NCBI GenBank assembly: GCA_023213395.1
Contig: CM041465.1
Span: forward strand, 237,901,741 to 237,965,740
Length of the DNA stretch: 64,000 nt
Direction: 5' to 3'
Source: Cycas panzhihuaensis
Lineage: Eukaryota; Plantae; Cycadophyta
Part shown: one piece after another, positions 27,850-40,500 of the stretch
Position numbering within the stretch: position 1 is the stretch's first letter
Layout of the letters: each line of letters opens with the position of its first letter
Translations under genes and position numbers: made by a program
The notes under the pieces: generated by a model
What the model saw: the letters and a program-made list of their open reading frames with translations, nothing else
Told to the model about the DNA's origin: nothing
The model's database searches: none

Positions 27850-28315
27850 GCAGACTATAAAAAGTTTAGGTGTTTTTACTATAAAATGACTATAATTTTA
27901 TAGTTTCAATCTATTCTTGTGAAGTACTTACTTATATGCAAGAAAGAGAAGATAGTTTACAAGATCATTCATATATTAGTTGTTTTAAGGAGGTAATCTT
28001 GGCATTTTATTTTTTTGCATCTTTCTTTAAATTTGGTAATTTTTGTTTCTCTTTTTTCTATCATAAAGTCTTTTAACAGGTAGAAATACTACTGAAATTC
28101 TTTTAGGAGCAGTAAGTATTAGCTATATTTTTCCTTGTCACACCAAAATCATCATGGTTCATTGGGAAAATGCATGCACTACTTCATCTAGCTTATACCT
28201 AGGTACACTTCAACGTATTTATTTTCTTATTATGTTTATTATATTTCAAAAGAAAAAAAAAAAAGAAATAAACTAACAAAAAAGAAAGAAAGAAAAGGGA
28301 AAGAAGTTCTTTAAC

Positions 28316-28358
<43 letters not shown>

Positions 28359-28965
28359 CCCCTCTCATTTTCTTCATCCTAAAAAAAAAGGGAAGAGGAA
28401 AGAAGACAAAAGAGAAAGAAGAAAGAGACTTGCATTTATCTTACCCTTATATCTAGCAAAGAAAAGGAAGAAAAGAAATAGTTACACTTCTTTTTCTTTA
28501 TTTACACATGTATTGCATAATTAGGTAGAGAGTTAAAACAACCCCTCACTACCTAGTTATGAGCCCAATACATGAGGAGAGACCTTATTATCGCAAGTCT
28601 TAAATCTACAAGGGTAAATTATCAACTTCACTAAGGGTAGGCTAGGTGCATCCATTCAAAGAAAAAGAGCATTTAGCTATATTTAGGAGTATGCTATACT
28701 TCCTAATTTTCTATAGGCTCACTTAAAACTAAATTTGAATGCCCCTTCTCTAATGCACATGCACACTCTCTTGATGCCCTTAGTTTTGACTCCTTCTATA
28801 AGGCCATTTAATGATTTCCCCTTGTAATCATGGTCACCTAGCATATAGATACCTATCATTGGTGTCATAGGGTCTGTTCACCTTCGTAGAGGTACCCCAC
28901 CTTAGGCCCTTCATTATTTGGAAAAAGGGTAATCATCCTAAGGTACTAATTAAATAGACTATTCA
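27850..28965 (+). repeat. partial LTR-like repeat, includes (TC)n at 28321-28354
   Basis: 28490-28620 aligns with 45335-45470. It ends TAGACTATTCA, similar to the Tat LTR terminus. Confidence 0.5.
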
Positions 28966-30287
28966 ATATCTCCTCGCTTGATAACTCCTTATTGATGGGT
29001 CTTCTACTTTCAACTGAAGAATTCCTAATTTGGCCATGACTTCCTGAGTTTTATCATTGATTTCTTGAAGAAGTTTTTCATAGTCTTCCTCTTAACATTT
29101 ATTCTTAAGATTTATAAAGTCTCTATCAAAGGTAAATTTTCCATTGTAGCCATTCTAGTACTCAAGCCACTACCTCATAATTCATTTGTCAAAGAATATA
29201 AGGAGCTTTTTTTATAAGAGTTCCCACTAAATCTAATGAGGCCTCTTAGAGGCCCATGGACAAACCTTTTTACCAAAATATGTATCAATAATTAGATAAA
29301 ATGTATAGTTTATTATTTTAATAATTTTAAAACATGCTTCAACCTTATCTAGATATAATATAGATTATACTTATCCCTCCTTAATAAACATAAAGATATT
29401 TAATTCTATTATTAAATATTAGCTTCAAATAATAATTACTGAATAAGATTAAATAGTAGCCTAAAATGATGGCCTCTAAATTAGAATTCTAATTCTTTAG
29501 ATGAAATTGAATTATGATACCTAGAGCAAAAGTTATAACCCTTTTAAGTTGGGTTTGATTAGGATTTTTGGGGATTATAACATCTCTTACTAAAACATTG
29601 ATAAATTCTCTCTCTAATATCTAATAGATCTAAAATTACTTTCAATAAAAGTAGACACCAAGATATACAGATTAAAAAAAAAGAAATTAAGGTAAACCAG
29701 ATACTTATACCCAACATAATAGCTATTCAAAGTTGCAATAATAGATTTTAGGCCCTAAAGACAATTATGGACAACAGGTCAAAACTAAATTCCCAACAAG
29801 TTTCATAATTCCACTCTAAAACCTATGGTATAACCACTTAAAATTTGTAAAATAGACTTGGTTGACTTAATTTTATGATTATTTTTCTAAAATTCTTCTA
29901 TTTATACTCTAAAAATATGGCCTCTTGATATATCAAAAATAGGGCTCTAATACCACTTGAAGTGATCTTAAATTAGATCTGCTTCCATAAACATAAAAGA
30001 GAGCTAAAATGAAAGATAAATAAGAAAAATTTCCCCTCATACTAAGTACTAAATAAAATTAGAATTAACTAAAACATAAAACTTTTAAAATAAGTTAGGA
30101 GTCTTCTCTATTTATAGGTGCCAATATGGCTCCACATTAAAAAATAAATAACTTCAATAATAATATTAATAATAAAATACTAACTTCTTAATATAAAAAT
30201 TGATTTCATATTAATTCAAAGTATCACTCCTTAATAACAACAACAACAACAATAATAATAATAAAACTAACTTTTAATAAGATACCA
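28966..30287 (-). mobile_element. 5' fragment of an LTR retrotransposon with tRNA-Met PBS
   Basis: PBS TGGTATTAGAGC (minus, 29944-29955). Putative LTR at ~29958-30287 with CCTATAAATAG at ~30109-30119. Gag-like decayed frame at ~28966-29178. Superfamily not determinable. Confidence 0.55.
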
Positions 30288-30894
30288 ATTCCTCCTCAAT
30301 GGAATAGAATCACTACACATTACCTTCAAGTAAATGGGCAAATTGAGCCATTCAACAAAACTTTAATTTTGATTCTAAAGAAGATGGTTACCAAGTCTCA
30401 ATAAGATTAACGCTTACAATTATATCCTTCCTTATTGGCTTATAGCATGTCCATTTAGAATACTATAGGTATAACTCCCTTCTCCTTAGTCTAAAGGTCG
30501 CAAATCATCCTTCCACTCAAAATAGAGATACCATCTCTAAGGTTGTTTTTAAAGGGTTTTATTGAGAAGGAATACCATTGCCAAGCATGCCTTCTCAACT
30601 TAGAAGCTTTGGATGAAACGTGGCTTATAGCTTATCATATGAACCTCAAGTAAAAAACTAAATCTTAGAAGGCCCATGATAAGAATTTGTGACCTAGGCA
30701 ATTCACCCCCAAGGATAAAATCCTAAATCTTGAGTACCTTCATGAACATCTCTAAAAGTTTTAGTACCAAATAGGTTGTACCTTTTATCATGCTTTAAAG
30801 TCTAACTAATAGTGCATATTACATTGCCACACTAGAGGGTCTTAAGTTTGAGAAGGATGTTAATGAGAAGATTCTCAAAAAGTTTTATAATTGA
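30288..30894 (+). pseudogene. pol: gypsy integrase core and pol C-terminus
   Basis: HYLQVNGQIEPFNKTLILILKKMV; LLAY...TPFSLV; ILPLKIEIPSLR; VNEKILKKFYN*. Confidence 0.85.
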
Positions 30895-31949
30895 TCTTAC
30901 GCTCATTAGGAGCATTATTTCTCTAGTAAGAGCCTAAACTACCAAGGTGCTCTGAAATAGGCCTAAACTACTTTATTCCTATCATGTTCCATGCCTACTA
31001 TGATATAGCATTCTTCTGTGTCTATCATAACACTTATCGCTATATCGAGAGTGATATTTTTCTCCCTTAAGTAGCCTTGATGGGGGCACTGTGCTCCCTT
31101 GTGAGAATAAATTGGACCTTACTCCATTATGAGTATAAATTATCAATTATAAATACTATTCCCAAAAATACAAAACAACTATAAAATAAGAAAGTAAACC
31201 AAAAAAATAGGAGAGAAACTTTCTTTTCTTTATTATTTATATAAACCCTTTCTCTTTTTACTCTACCTTTAAATGAACCTAAAATATGATCAAGAAGTAT
31301 CCTATCTCTATGCCCATTGGTCACCCTAAAGTCTCATGTCTATGAGGGCATCTCAAGCTTCGACCAAAGCCAAAACTACTAACTCACTCTAAAAAAAGTA
31401 TAAATTACACGACTCTTTCATATTTCAGGCCTATTATGACATGCTAGTTGCATGTACCTATCATGACACTAAATGCTCCATCGTGAGCTATTTTCCCCCT
31501 TGGGTAGCCCCATGGGACATGGGACTCCTCCATGAGTTTAAACTAGTACATAGACTCTAGCAAAAGTATAAAGTATTGCTTATTGATCATGTCTCTAAGG
31601 TGCTACAAACAGATTTGTTAAGTTATCAAGTAATTTTATGAGTGTTATGTGTGTACCATGATACTGTCCATAAGATAAAGCTAAACAAGTATGTATAAAA
31701 TTAATAGCTCAAACACAAGCATGATATGATCAACATGCACATAAAGCTAAACACAGATATAAATCAAAGTGTGGAAGCTTTAGTTGGATCCCATATATAC
31801 ATCATCAAAAATATATATGTATAATAATATTTCAAGGGAATTGATATCCCTATAGGGGTGTATAATCACCCAATATACCACATACTACATACACCCTAAC
31901 CCCTACAGGTCTGTCTTACTTCTCCTAAAATCAATGATATAATATGAGT

Positions 31950-33600
31950 ACAAATATAACTATGGTCTAACTCCCTCTCTTATAGCCACTCTCTCTATAG
32001 AATCTTTGAGCTCTCTCCCAGTGTTGTAACTCTCAAATATTAGGAAGGCCTTGCCTAGTTGCCCTCATCTTAGGCTCTTTATTATGATGTAGCCATATGA
32101 GTTTGGGATTGACTCTTGGATGACCTCTCTACTAATTGGTCTACTAGTTTATCATACTGAGTCTATAGTTGGTCCCTCTCTCATATCATACCTACTAATT
32201 ATGACTATAAATTTGTGATCTGTGTCTGTACCCTAGGGATTACCTACAAAGGGAACATAGCTACTAGGATCCTTGATCCTACCTAACCACCTGTAGCTCT
32301 CTAAGGCAATCTTATAGATCACTATGCTCTATTGACCCTAACACTATATCCCTTATTTCAAGGGCAAGTATGACTATGTGAGGGTGAGCAATGATGGGCT
32401 CATTAGTGTTTATCATAGGAGACTAGCCTTCCATATACACCATTATAAATAAATAATTAAGAATCTAGTAGATAAATTCAAGGGAAATCCCTCCATCTAT
32501 AATAAATCCCAAGCCCATGATAAGTAACTATGATGAAATATAAATTATCAGTTAATCAAAACTTTCTAGGTATAAAATCATGGTGCAAAAGTAAAAAAGG
32601 TTAGGATAAGAACTATACCATCATTGTGATCCTCCTCCCCAAAGTCCACTATTTTTAAATCCTCACCACCCTAAACACCTCCCTTCGCATCTACCTCATC
32701 AATAGGCTTACTTTCTCCATCTCCATCCTTGCCATTAGTTTCTAGATTTGGTTCATTGACATTAGAGTTTCATCAAATCCCTGCATAAGGGTTGATTATA
32801 TAATCATCAATGCTAAGCCTATCCAATAATGTCACATAAACCATCCTACTCCCTTATTTAAGAGCCCTGAGGATCCTAAATCAAGTGGACCACTTATTTA
32901 CTAGTGGGTCCCTATCATCCATAGGCTAAGGGCCTACCCTTAGGCCCATTCCCCTAAATATGTCAAATAACCAACACTATAATAGGGTGGAGTATAAAAA
33001 TCCTTTGTGGGATGCTACCCTAATCTAACTCAATTGTATCCTAACATTTACTATTATCAATGTGCCCTAATCTAATCTCTCACAAACCTCACATCATTGC
33101 ACAACATTTAACTAGTTCCTTAGGATCTCATTATAGTTTTGATGATGCAATATCCAAAATAAGTTCACATAGATGATGAGTTTCTAGACACATGGGATCT
33201 CAAAACTCATCATCCCCTTAACACTCCCTCTACATCTTTCCTTATACCCATGCCTATAAAATAATGTTACTGCTACTTATTGGGCATCATCTATGCTAAG
33301 AATGGTGCCTAATTTGGGTGGTGATCTTATGTAAGGAACTTACAACATCTATCTTATATCCCTTAGAGTAATCATGACATCCCTAATCAATGGTAACTAA
33401 AAATTTTAATACTAGAAATCCTAATGATATATAATATCAATCAGAAGAGCTCAATCTATGATGAACTACCTTAATGAAATGATCTTATGCAACCTAAAAT
33501 ATTTGAAGACATCCCTATTCTTATCATTGATCATGTTAGCGAGGACCAACATAGTTGAACCTATGTTTTCCCTTTTGTTAATTGTAGTGATTAGTTGAAC
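31950..33600 (-). pseudogene. PMD gene remnant, element D
   Basis: INKRENIGSTML...ALLIDIIYH*...LPLIRDVMITLRDIR*...PPKLGTI, collinear with the other three copies; ends approximate. Confidence 0.72.
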
Positions 33601-34416
33601 ATCAAATAAAAATATATTAGACAAATGAATAATACCATATTCACACCAATAAGGCATCAAACACATAGTAAACAACCCTAAACTAATCAATCTATTAGGA
33701 TAAATATCAAAATTTATGAATTACAAACTATCCTACAAATTTTCTTATCTATCCTATAATAGAACAAGGTATCCTATAATGTTCTTTATGGTATCGCTCT
33801 ATTTCTTTATGATACCACAAAGAATAATAGATCTATACCATGAAGATTTGCACACCATATAAAAATATAAATTTTGTAATAAAACTTTAGAAATTCACAT
33901 TTTAGATCAAAATGACCCATTAAAAATGACTAGGATGATAAACTACCCTAGTCCAGCCTTAAATAGAGCTTTTATCAGACTATGTATATATATATGTATG
34001 TATGTAGATATAGATATAGATAGATAGATAACCAAAAAAAAACTATAAATTTGTAAATTTATATATTCACCTCTTACTACCTTCTTAACATTTAGGGTAA
34101 GTCATATATTTACTTTGTTTCCACCTATGGTTTATAGTTTGAGTCTAGACTTATGGGTTGTTTAGGACCTTTAAATCTAAATATTTAAGTCTATTGTGGC
34201 CTCAATCATGATCAAAACCTACTCATCATTTTGAGAACCAAAATAAACCATGGAAACTTGTTATAATAGTAGTACTAAGCTGCCCATGGGATCCATGTTT
34301 GATCTATCTTTATAATCAAAGTGTATATATAAACATAAGCCCTAATGATGTTAGTTGATTCCTGCTCCATTCTTTTCATTTATCTATTTATTTTTGAGTT
34401 GTTATTTCATTTCTAC

Positions 34417-34822
34417 ATGGTATTAATCATCCATTATTGATGGGGGTAGACATGGGAATCATGGCCCTTCTACTACAACTTAAACCATCTAAGACCATTT
34501 AGGACACATCTTGATTTGCTCTAAGATCTACCTACCTATAATAACTAATAATAAAGTCAACTATATCACTATCATTAAGGCCTTAACCTATGCATTACAA
34601 GTTCACCATGGTTCCATTGTGTTATTTACTGACTCCCAACTTATTATCTTCTAGCTCACCTAAGTCTACCAAGTTCACTACCCCAAGTTATATGCCCTTA
34701 CTAATCAATCTTGGCTTCTTTTATCCTAATTATCTATAGTATCAATCTAACATGCCCAATTGGGACATAACATTGAGATAGATTAGTTAGTTACCTTCAT
34801 CCTTAAGCATTGCCTACCATAA
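34417..34822 (+). pseudogene. free-standing aRH remnant, element D; C-terminal half duplicated at ~34920-35190
   Basis: ATGGTATT start as in B; IIDGGRHGNHGPS, TNNKVNY, FTDSQL motifs; frameshift and stops. Confidence 0.8.
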
Positions 34823-37800
34823 GTAGGTGATTCTCCTCAAGGCCATCAAGCCCCCTAATAAAACTAGGCCCATATGCCACACATTCCATCTGCCTTATTA
34901 TCATCTTTAAAAGGCAAGTTTACCATTGTCCCATCATATTACTTACTAACTCCTAGCTTGTTATGTTCTAGTTCACTCAAGGCTACCAAGTCCACTACCC
35001 TAAGTTATGTGCCCTTGATAATCAAGCTAGATTGCTTTAATCCCAATTTTCTGTAGTATCAAACTAATATGTCCAATGGGGACATAACATTTACGTAGAC
35101 TAGTTTGTTACTTTTATCCTTGAGTATTACCTACCATACATAGGTGGGTAATTATCCTTAGGGCCATTAAGTCCCCTAATAAAACTAAGCCTACAAGCCC
35201 CAAAAACTAGCCTCCCTATTGTCAACTCTAAGGAGCACTCACTAAAGATGTTAAACTATGATGATAACCCTACGCTATCAAGTCCACAAGCAAGGTCAAG
35301 ATAATGTACCAACTTCCTCTTTACTCTTATAAGACCCTAAATGTCTACTCTTACTTCAACATAAAGGCAAAATACATTGTAAATTTATAAATTTATACAT
35401 ATCTTAGCCTAACTATAGCTTTCCAAAAGGGGGTATCTCCCTTATGGCATTCATAACTTTGTCTCTTTTCATTTGTATTATTCTTATTTATTACCCTTTT
35501 GAAAAATCAACCAAAAAATATTAAAACATTATAAAATAATAAAAAAATCTAAAAATATTATAAGATAATAGGAAACCAAAAATAAGAAAATTATAAAATT
35601 AAAAATGTAAAAAATATGGATCTAAGATGATCCCAAGTCCTTTGAAAGATGATCGTTAACGAGGTTAAACTGTAGTGATTATCTTTGAATTTTGGGTCTT
35701 TACATCCTGGAATTTGAGGTACCCCTTCTTTTACCTAAGTAATGTAGCTCTCTAGACTAAATCTTTAGCTACCATGCATAACCTTTTTTTGCTACTAAGA
35801 TAATCCCTTAATTACCAAAGACTACTTTAAGAAATAGCCACTAAGGAGGATAAATTATAGTGGCCCCATTTGTGTTCATATAGGTTTATCATAACCACAA
35901 GCTCGCTTTGCTTCGATTAGGTTACCAACCAATATTCTTCCTTAGTTAACGCATCTCTAAAATTCTTATCGATGAGGGTAAACTAAGGGCAATATTCTCT
36001 AACCACCTACTAATGAGGCTAAACTATAGTAGAATGCCTCTCCCTTTCATGTTTAAAGGACCATTGTAAGTCTAACTAGGGTATTATTAACCATCTTATA
36101 ATTATCATCTAAAGAGGTTTTATTACTAGGGGACAAGTGTTTCTCACAATCTGGGGACATCATGGATATCATATCAATATGTAACTAAAGGTATATACTC
36201 CCCTTTTAACTTAGATTAGTGTATTTTAGAGTAGTTATTTTATGAGCATATGCGTTGATCTCTTGGATGAGTATGATTGTCATTTATTATTGATGATTTC
36301 AACCATGGTCCATGGCTTTATTCTTATCCCTTTGAGCATGATGAGTTAAGAATAGTACCTTTGTAAGATATATTTCATCTTTCTCTTACTTTGTTAGCAT
36401 CCTTCTCCTTCTTAGCTTACTTTGTCAAACTTGTTTTCCTTTGTTTTAATATATATTTCATATTTTTCTTCTTATCTCACTAAGTTTATTGACTTTTTTT
36501 CCCTATTTCCTATTATACCAAACTGATTTATAATTTACTTGATCAATTTTTATAAAGAAATATTAAAAAAAAACTAGAGCTTCATGTTACCATAAAACAT
36601 CTTTATGGTACTACTTCAAACTTCATGGTATGACTCTCTTCAGTTGTAAAAATTTTTAATCTTGTATTTGGCTATGCATTAATGGTACTTAAATGTAGGC
36701 CTCATTTATGTCTCCATCAAAACCATGGATGGCCAATGGGTTTTGATGAAACCATGGGCTAATAAATATCTAATCCCATTATTTTCCTCTAAAACCATGG
36801 GCTTTTGCCCATGGTTTCTCCCAAACCAATGGGATTGAAACCATGGACCTAGCCCCTTACCTTCATCTATTTATAGCTTCTTTTTTTTTCATTGGAAAGA
36901 GAGGTTGAGTGGTAAGTTATTTGAGTTACCTTTTTGTTATTAGATTGTCACTAGATTACCTGATTTGACTCAATCCCCTTCACTAGCTTCTATTCTTGGC
37001 TCTAAGGTTGATTGTTTAATAGTGTTGGAGTATTTATTGGATAAAGGTGATAATCATTATCATCCCTCCATCCTTTAAAATGAGGCAATCCCCCCATAAA
37101 TCCATAATTTTCACCCTTCTTCCAAGATTTACCTTAATTACTTTTTTTGCCTTTTCATGCCAATTTGTTGCTTTAATTTTTACTTGCTTTCTTTTGCTCA
37201 TTTCAACTCCTTGGTATGTTAGTGTCTTATAGACTAATAGTGTCCTAGTACTACTTATTTAGTCTCTAAAATAAGTGGACAAGATGTCATTTTTTAGGCC
37301 CATTTCCTACCTGCTATTAGTTCTTTTGCATGCTGGTTAATTTCACTTATTGGATATCTTTTCCATCTATTTTTATTGCAATAGTTTGGTGTATGTTATT
37401 AACTCTTATAAGTGTTGGAGCTCTATAGTGTTATTATAGGTTTTAAAGTGTGTGGAGTGAATTGGACATCCTCCTCCCGTTCCTCCCTCTCCATCATCTT
37501 CCTATCAGACTTTGGTGCTTACTGCATAGTTATTATGCTATCAAAATTCCACCAAAAAAGATCATAATATAGATTACTACCAAAGTGCTTTCACTGTAAA
37601 TTTTAAGCATTTTTATTTTCCATACAAGTTTTTTTTCATCATAACTTAATCTAGCAAGTAGAAATGCTACTAGATTTTGTTTAGAAAAATTGATTTTGAT
37701 AATAGATATCGGTCTAACCCTTATTAAGTCTTATTGGTGATTTGATGAGCTATGATTTGACTTAAAAAAGGGTAAAACTAGTTTTTTGAATGTATCCTAC

Positions 37801-38264
37801 TAAGTATTTTCCCATAAATCCTATGTTTCTAGTTTTATTTACAAAATAAAAAATCTTTTAAATCATCATTTTGATTCATAGTTTTACTTTGAAAAGGAAG
37901 TGCTTAGGAAAAAATAATCTGCTTGCATGCTTGAACATTGTTATTTATCCTTCTTCACCCTTTCTTATAGATTTTTTTTTAACAAGAAAAGCAAAAAAGG
38001 GGGATTAGAAAGAAATTTTATTATTTTATTACATTTCTCATATTGCATTTCTATTTCTATTTTGCTTTGGAATGTGCTTTCTGAGAGTCCTAATGAAGGA
38101 GAGGATTGTACTTATTATAAGTTCTTGAATCTATGGGATAATATTTTATCTTCATTAGTCAGGTTATTCGCTCTTTTCATTTAATCAAAGTTACATGTTA
38201 GTTGCATTAAGTATGTGTTATGTTTGCTCCTTTAGTCTCTTTTAAGGTAGGGTCCTTCTTTTCA

Positions 38265-40500
38265 CCAAAGAGTGAGGGCAATTATCTTTTTACCCAAGTG
38301 TCATTGTCAAATGAGAGAGGTTCTCTTGTGCCTTTAGGTGTTGAATCTCTTATCTATATTCCAAATAGGCAGTTGAAGGGAGCTTACCCTCTCCACATAC
38401 TAATGTATGGGGCACCCTCATAGAGCTTGAGGTTTATTGTAACCAAATGTGGAACTATTGGACCACTCACATTCAAGTGAGAGCTACTACTAGTATTAAT
38501 AATTCCCCATTAACTTATCCACAAGTGGATCTATATTATGGTCTTAATTTCTTCAAACTTCTTACTCTAGCAATCATTTCCTTGTCTTTGTAGATCGATT
38601 TCTTCACTTTTAGGTCAAATAGGAGTCTAAGTTAGAATAGGTTAGTTAGCCTAAGGGGTTTAGCTATATAGGATAGATATGTAGTGATGTATAAGTTATA
38701 GGCATTCATGCTTGATCGACCCCCTCGCATTGACAAGGATTTTTGTATGTTAATTGGTCATTCCAAAGGCATTAGTTGTAGTTTGATTGATTTTGATTGA
38801 AGTTGTTGTTAGTTTACTTTTAATTCATTTTTCTCAATTAATGCATGTCTATTTCATCTACCTATCTACACCACATCTTTTGTTTCATTAATTAGTTGTA
38901 ATTAGTCTTTACTTTTCTCTTTTTTAATTTCATCTTATCTTGGCATGTTACATATACCTACACATTTCCCTTAGAGTATCTAGTCAAGTACCATATCATA
39001 CCCCCTATATTTACATACAAGAGATGTATGAGTGCCCCAATGGGGGGTGTATGTTCATACCCTTCCTTACTTAGGTCCCCAACACCCTTTAAGCCTACTC
39101 TAAGATCATGATCTGCACGTCCTTCTCCCTCCTCTCCCTTTCTATTTATTTGCATTCAACATTTACATTATATTATTGCTTGTGTGTTCTCTTATAAGTA
39201 GGTTGAGAAAAATGAAGGATAATAAACTTATTGCAAGACCTTGAATTTGTGGGGTTAAAAGCTTGATTCTAGTATAATCTTCTTTGCTACTTTTACTTAA
39301 TATAAATTTCATATGGATGCATTATATCATATTGTTATATGCTCATATAGTTTATGTTAAGTAGGGATTTGTCTCCCTAACAAAGGGGGCTATATTATTT
39401 CTACCCTAATTTCATCACCAAATGAGAGGAATAGTCTTGTGTCTTAGGTTAGTCAAGTCTTTTAGTCTATCTTTTGAATGGTCCAATGGAGAGAAGCTAT
39501 CCCTACTATTTACTCATACATGTGGTTTAAAGAGTTAAGTGAACTCTATTCATTCCATTAAAAGTAGTTCCATCTATCTTATTCACCTCTTAGGAACTTG
39601 AGACTCATTGGAGAAAATTGTGGGAAATGTTAAATTAGCTCACACTCATATGAGATGGGTTATTAGTATTAACAAGTTCTTACTATATTATCCACGAGTA
39701 GATATATTCTATAGTATTGAATCCTTTAGGTTTCTTGCTCTAATTGGTCATTTCTTTTTATTTCTAAATTAAGTCCATCACTTAGGGATGTTTAGTCATG
39801 TTGAGTTAAGATAGTTTATTCTCTTAGGAGAGATAGTTATACAAGGATAGGTAAGAACATTGATTGCATCGATGATTAGGACACATGTGCCCTAGAAGAC
39901 CTCTTAGATTTTGAGAGCTTTTATTAGGTGATGTTTGGTCCTCTCAAGTATATATGTTATTAATTTAGAATTAATTTTATTTATTTTCTTATATTAGATT
40001 AGATAACTTTCTTCTTTCTCTTTTATATATTATTGCCTTATCATCTACTTGCTTGTATCTTTGTGTATTGAATTTGCTATTTTTCTATTATTCTTAAGCA
40101 ATTACCCCCTTATTCCTTAAGCATGAGTACAAATCTAGTTTTCCTCTAGATTAGGATTGTCCTTTTGTCCCCACAACACATGTTTACGAGGTGCACAAGT
40201 GACCATGAATGAGAGTTTGAGATTATCCCTTCATGTTTGTTCTTTTTCCCTACATCAATTGATAAGTTATCTTTTGACCTCCCATTCTCATCTATCATCA
40301 TTCAATATCAATTCTCCCTTATTCTTTCATATATTTATAAATATTAAATTGTAAGCATAATGAAATAATATGTTATTTAATTGAAGTGTGTACTAGTTTG
40401 TAAACTTGACATTTTGGGTTCTCACATGAGGTAAGCATGTTTTATAAATGCGTACACTTTCTATATAATAGATAAAGATTGGTTATTCTTCCACTAGGTC
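38265..40500 (+). repeat. two diverged ~1.1-kb tandem units (LTR-like)
   Basis: 38265-38340 aligns with 39381-39450, and 38461-38660 aligns with 39635-39830. Right end approximate. Confidence 0.55.

Larger units (their letters stand above)
30288..36660 (+). mobile_element. Tat-clade element D, 3' part (integrase, accessory region, start of 3' LTR at 36138)
   Basis: Integrase, PMD and RNase H remnants in the same order as B and F. CTAGGGGACAAG|TGTTTCTCAC junction at 36138; right boundary unclear. Confidence 0.75.

Noticed and set aside
29281-29582. Possible small solo LTR (TG...GGGATTATAACA)
   Set aside because: Flanks AAATA/TCTCT give no TSD, and the left boundary is unsupported.
35239-36032. 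Spaced repeats as a CRISPR array or hammerhead ribozyme (CTAATGAG...AAAC resembles CUGAUGA...GAAA)
   Set aside because: Irregular spacing, degenerate repeats and no cas genes. There is no stem II/III three-way junction, and the conserved hammerhead core G residues are missing.
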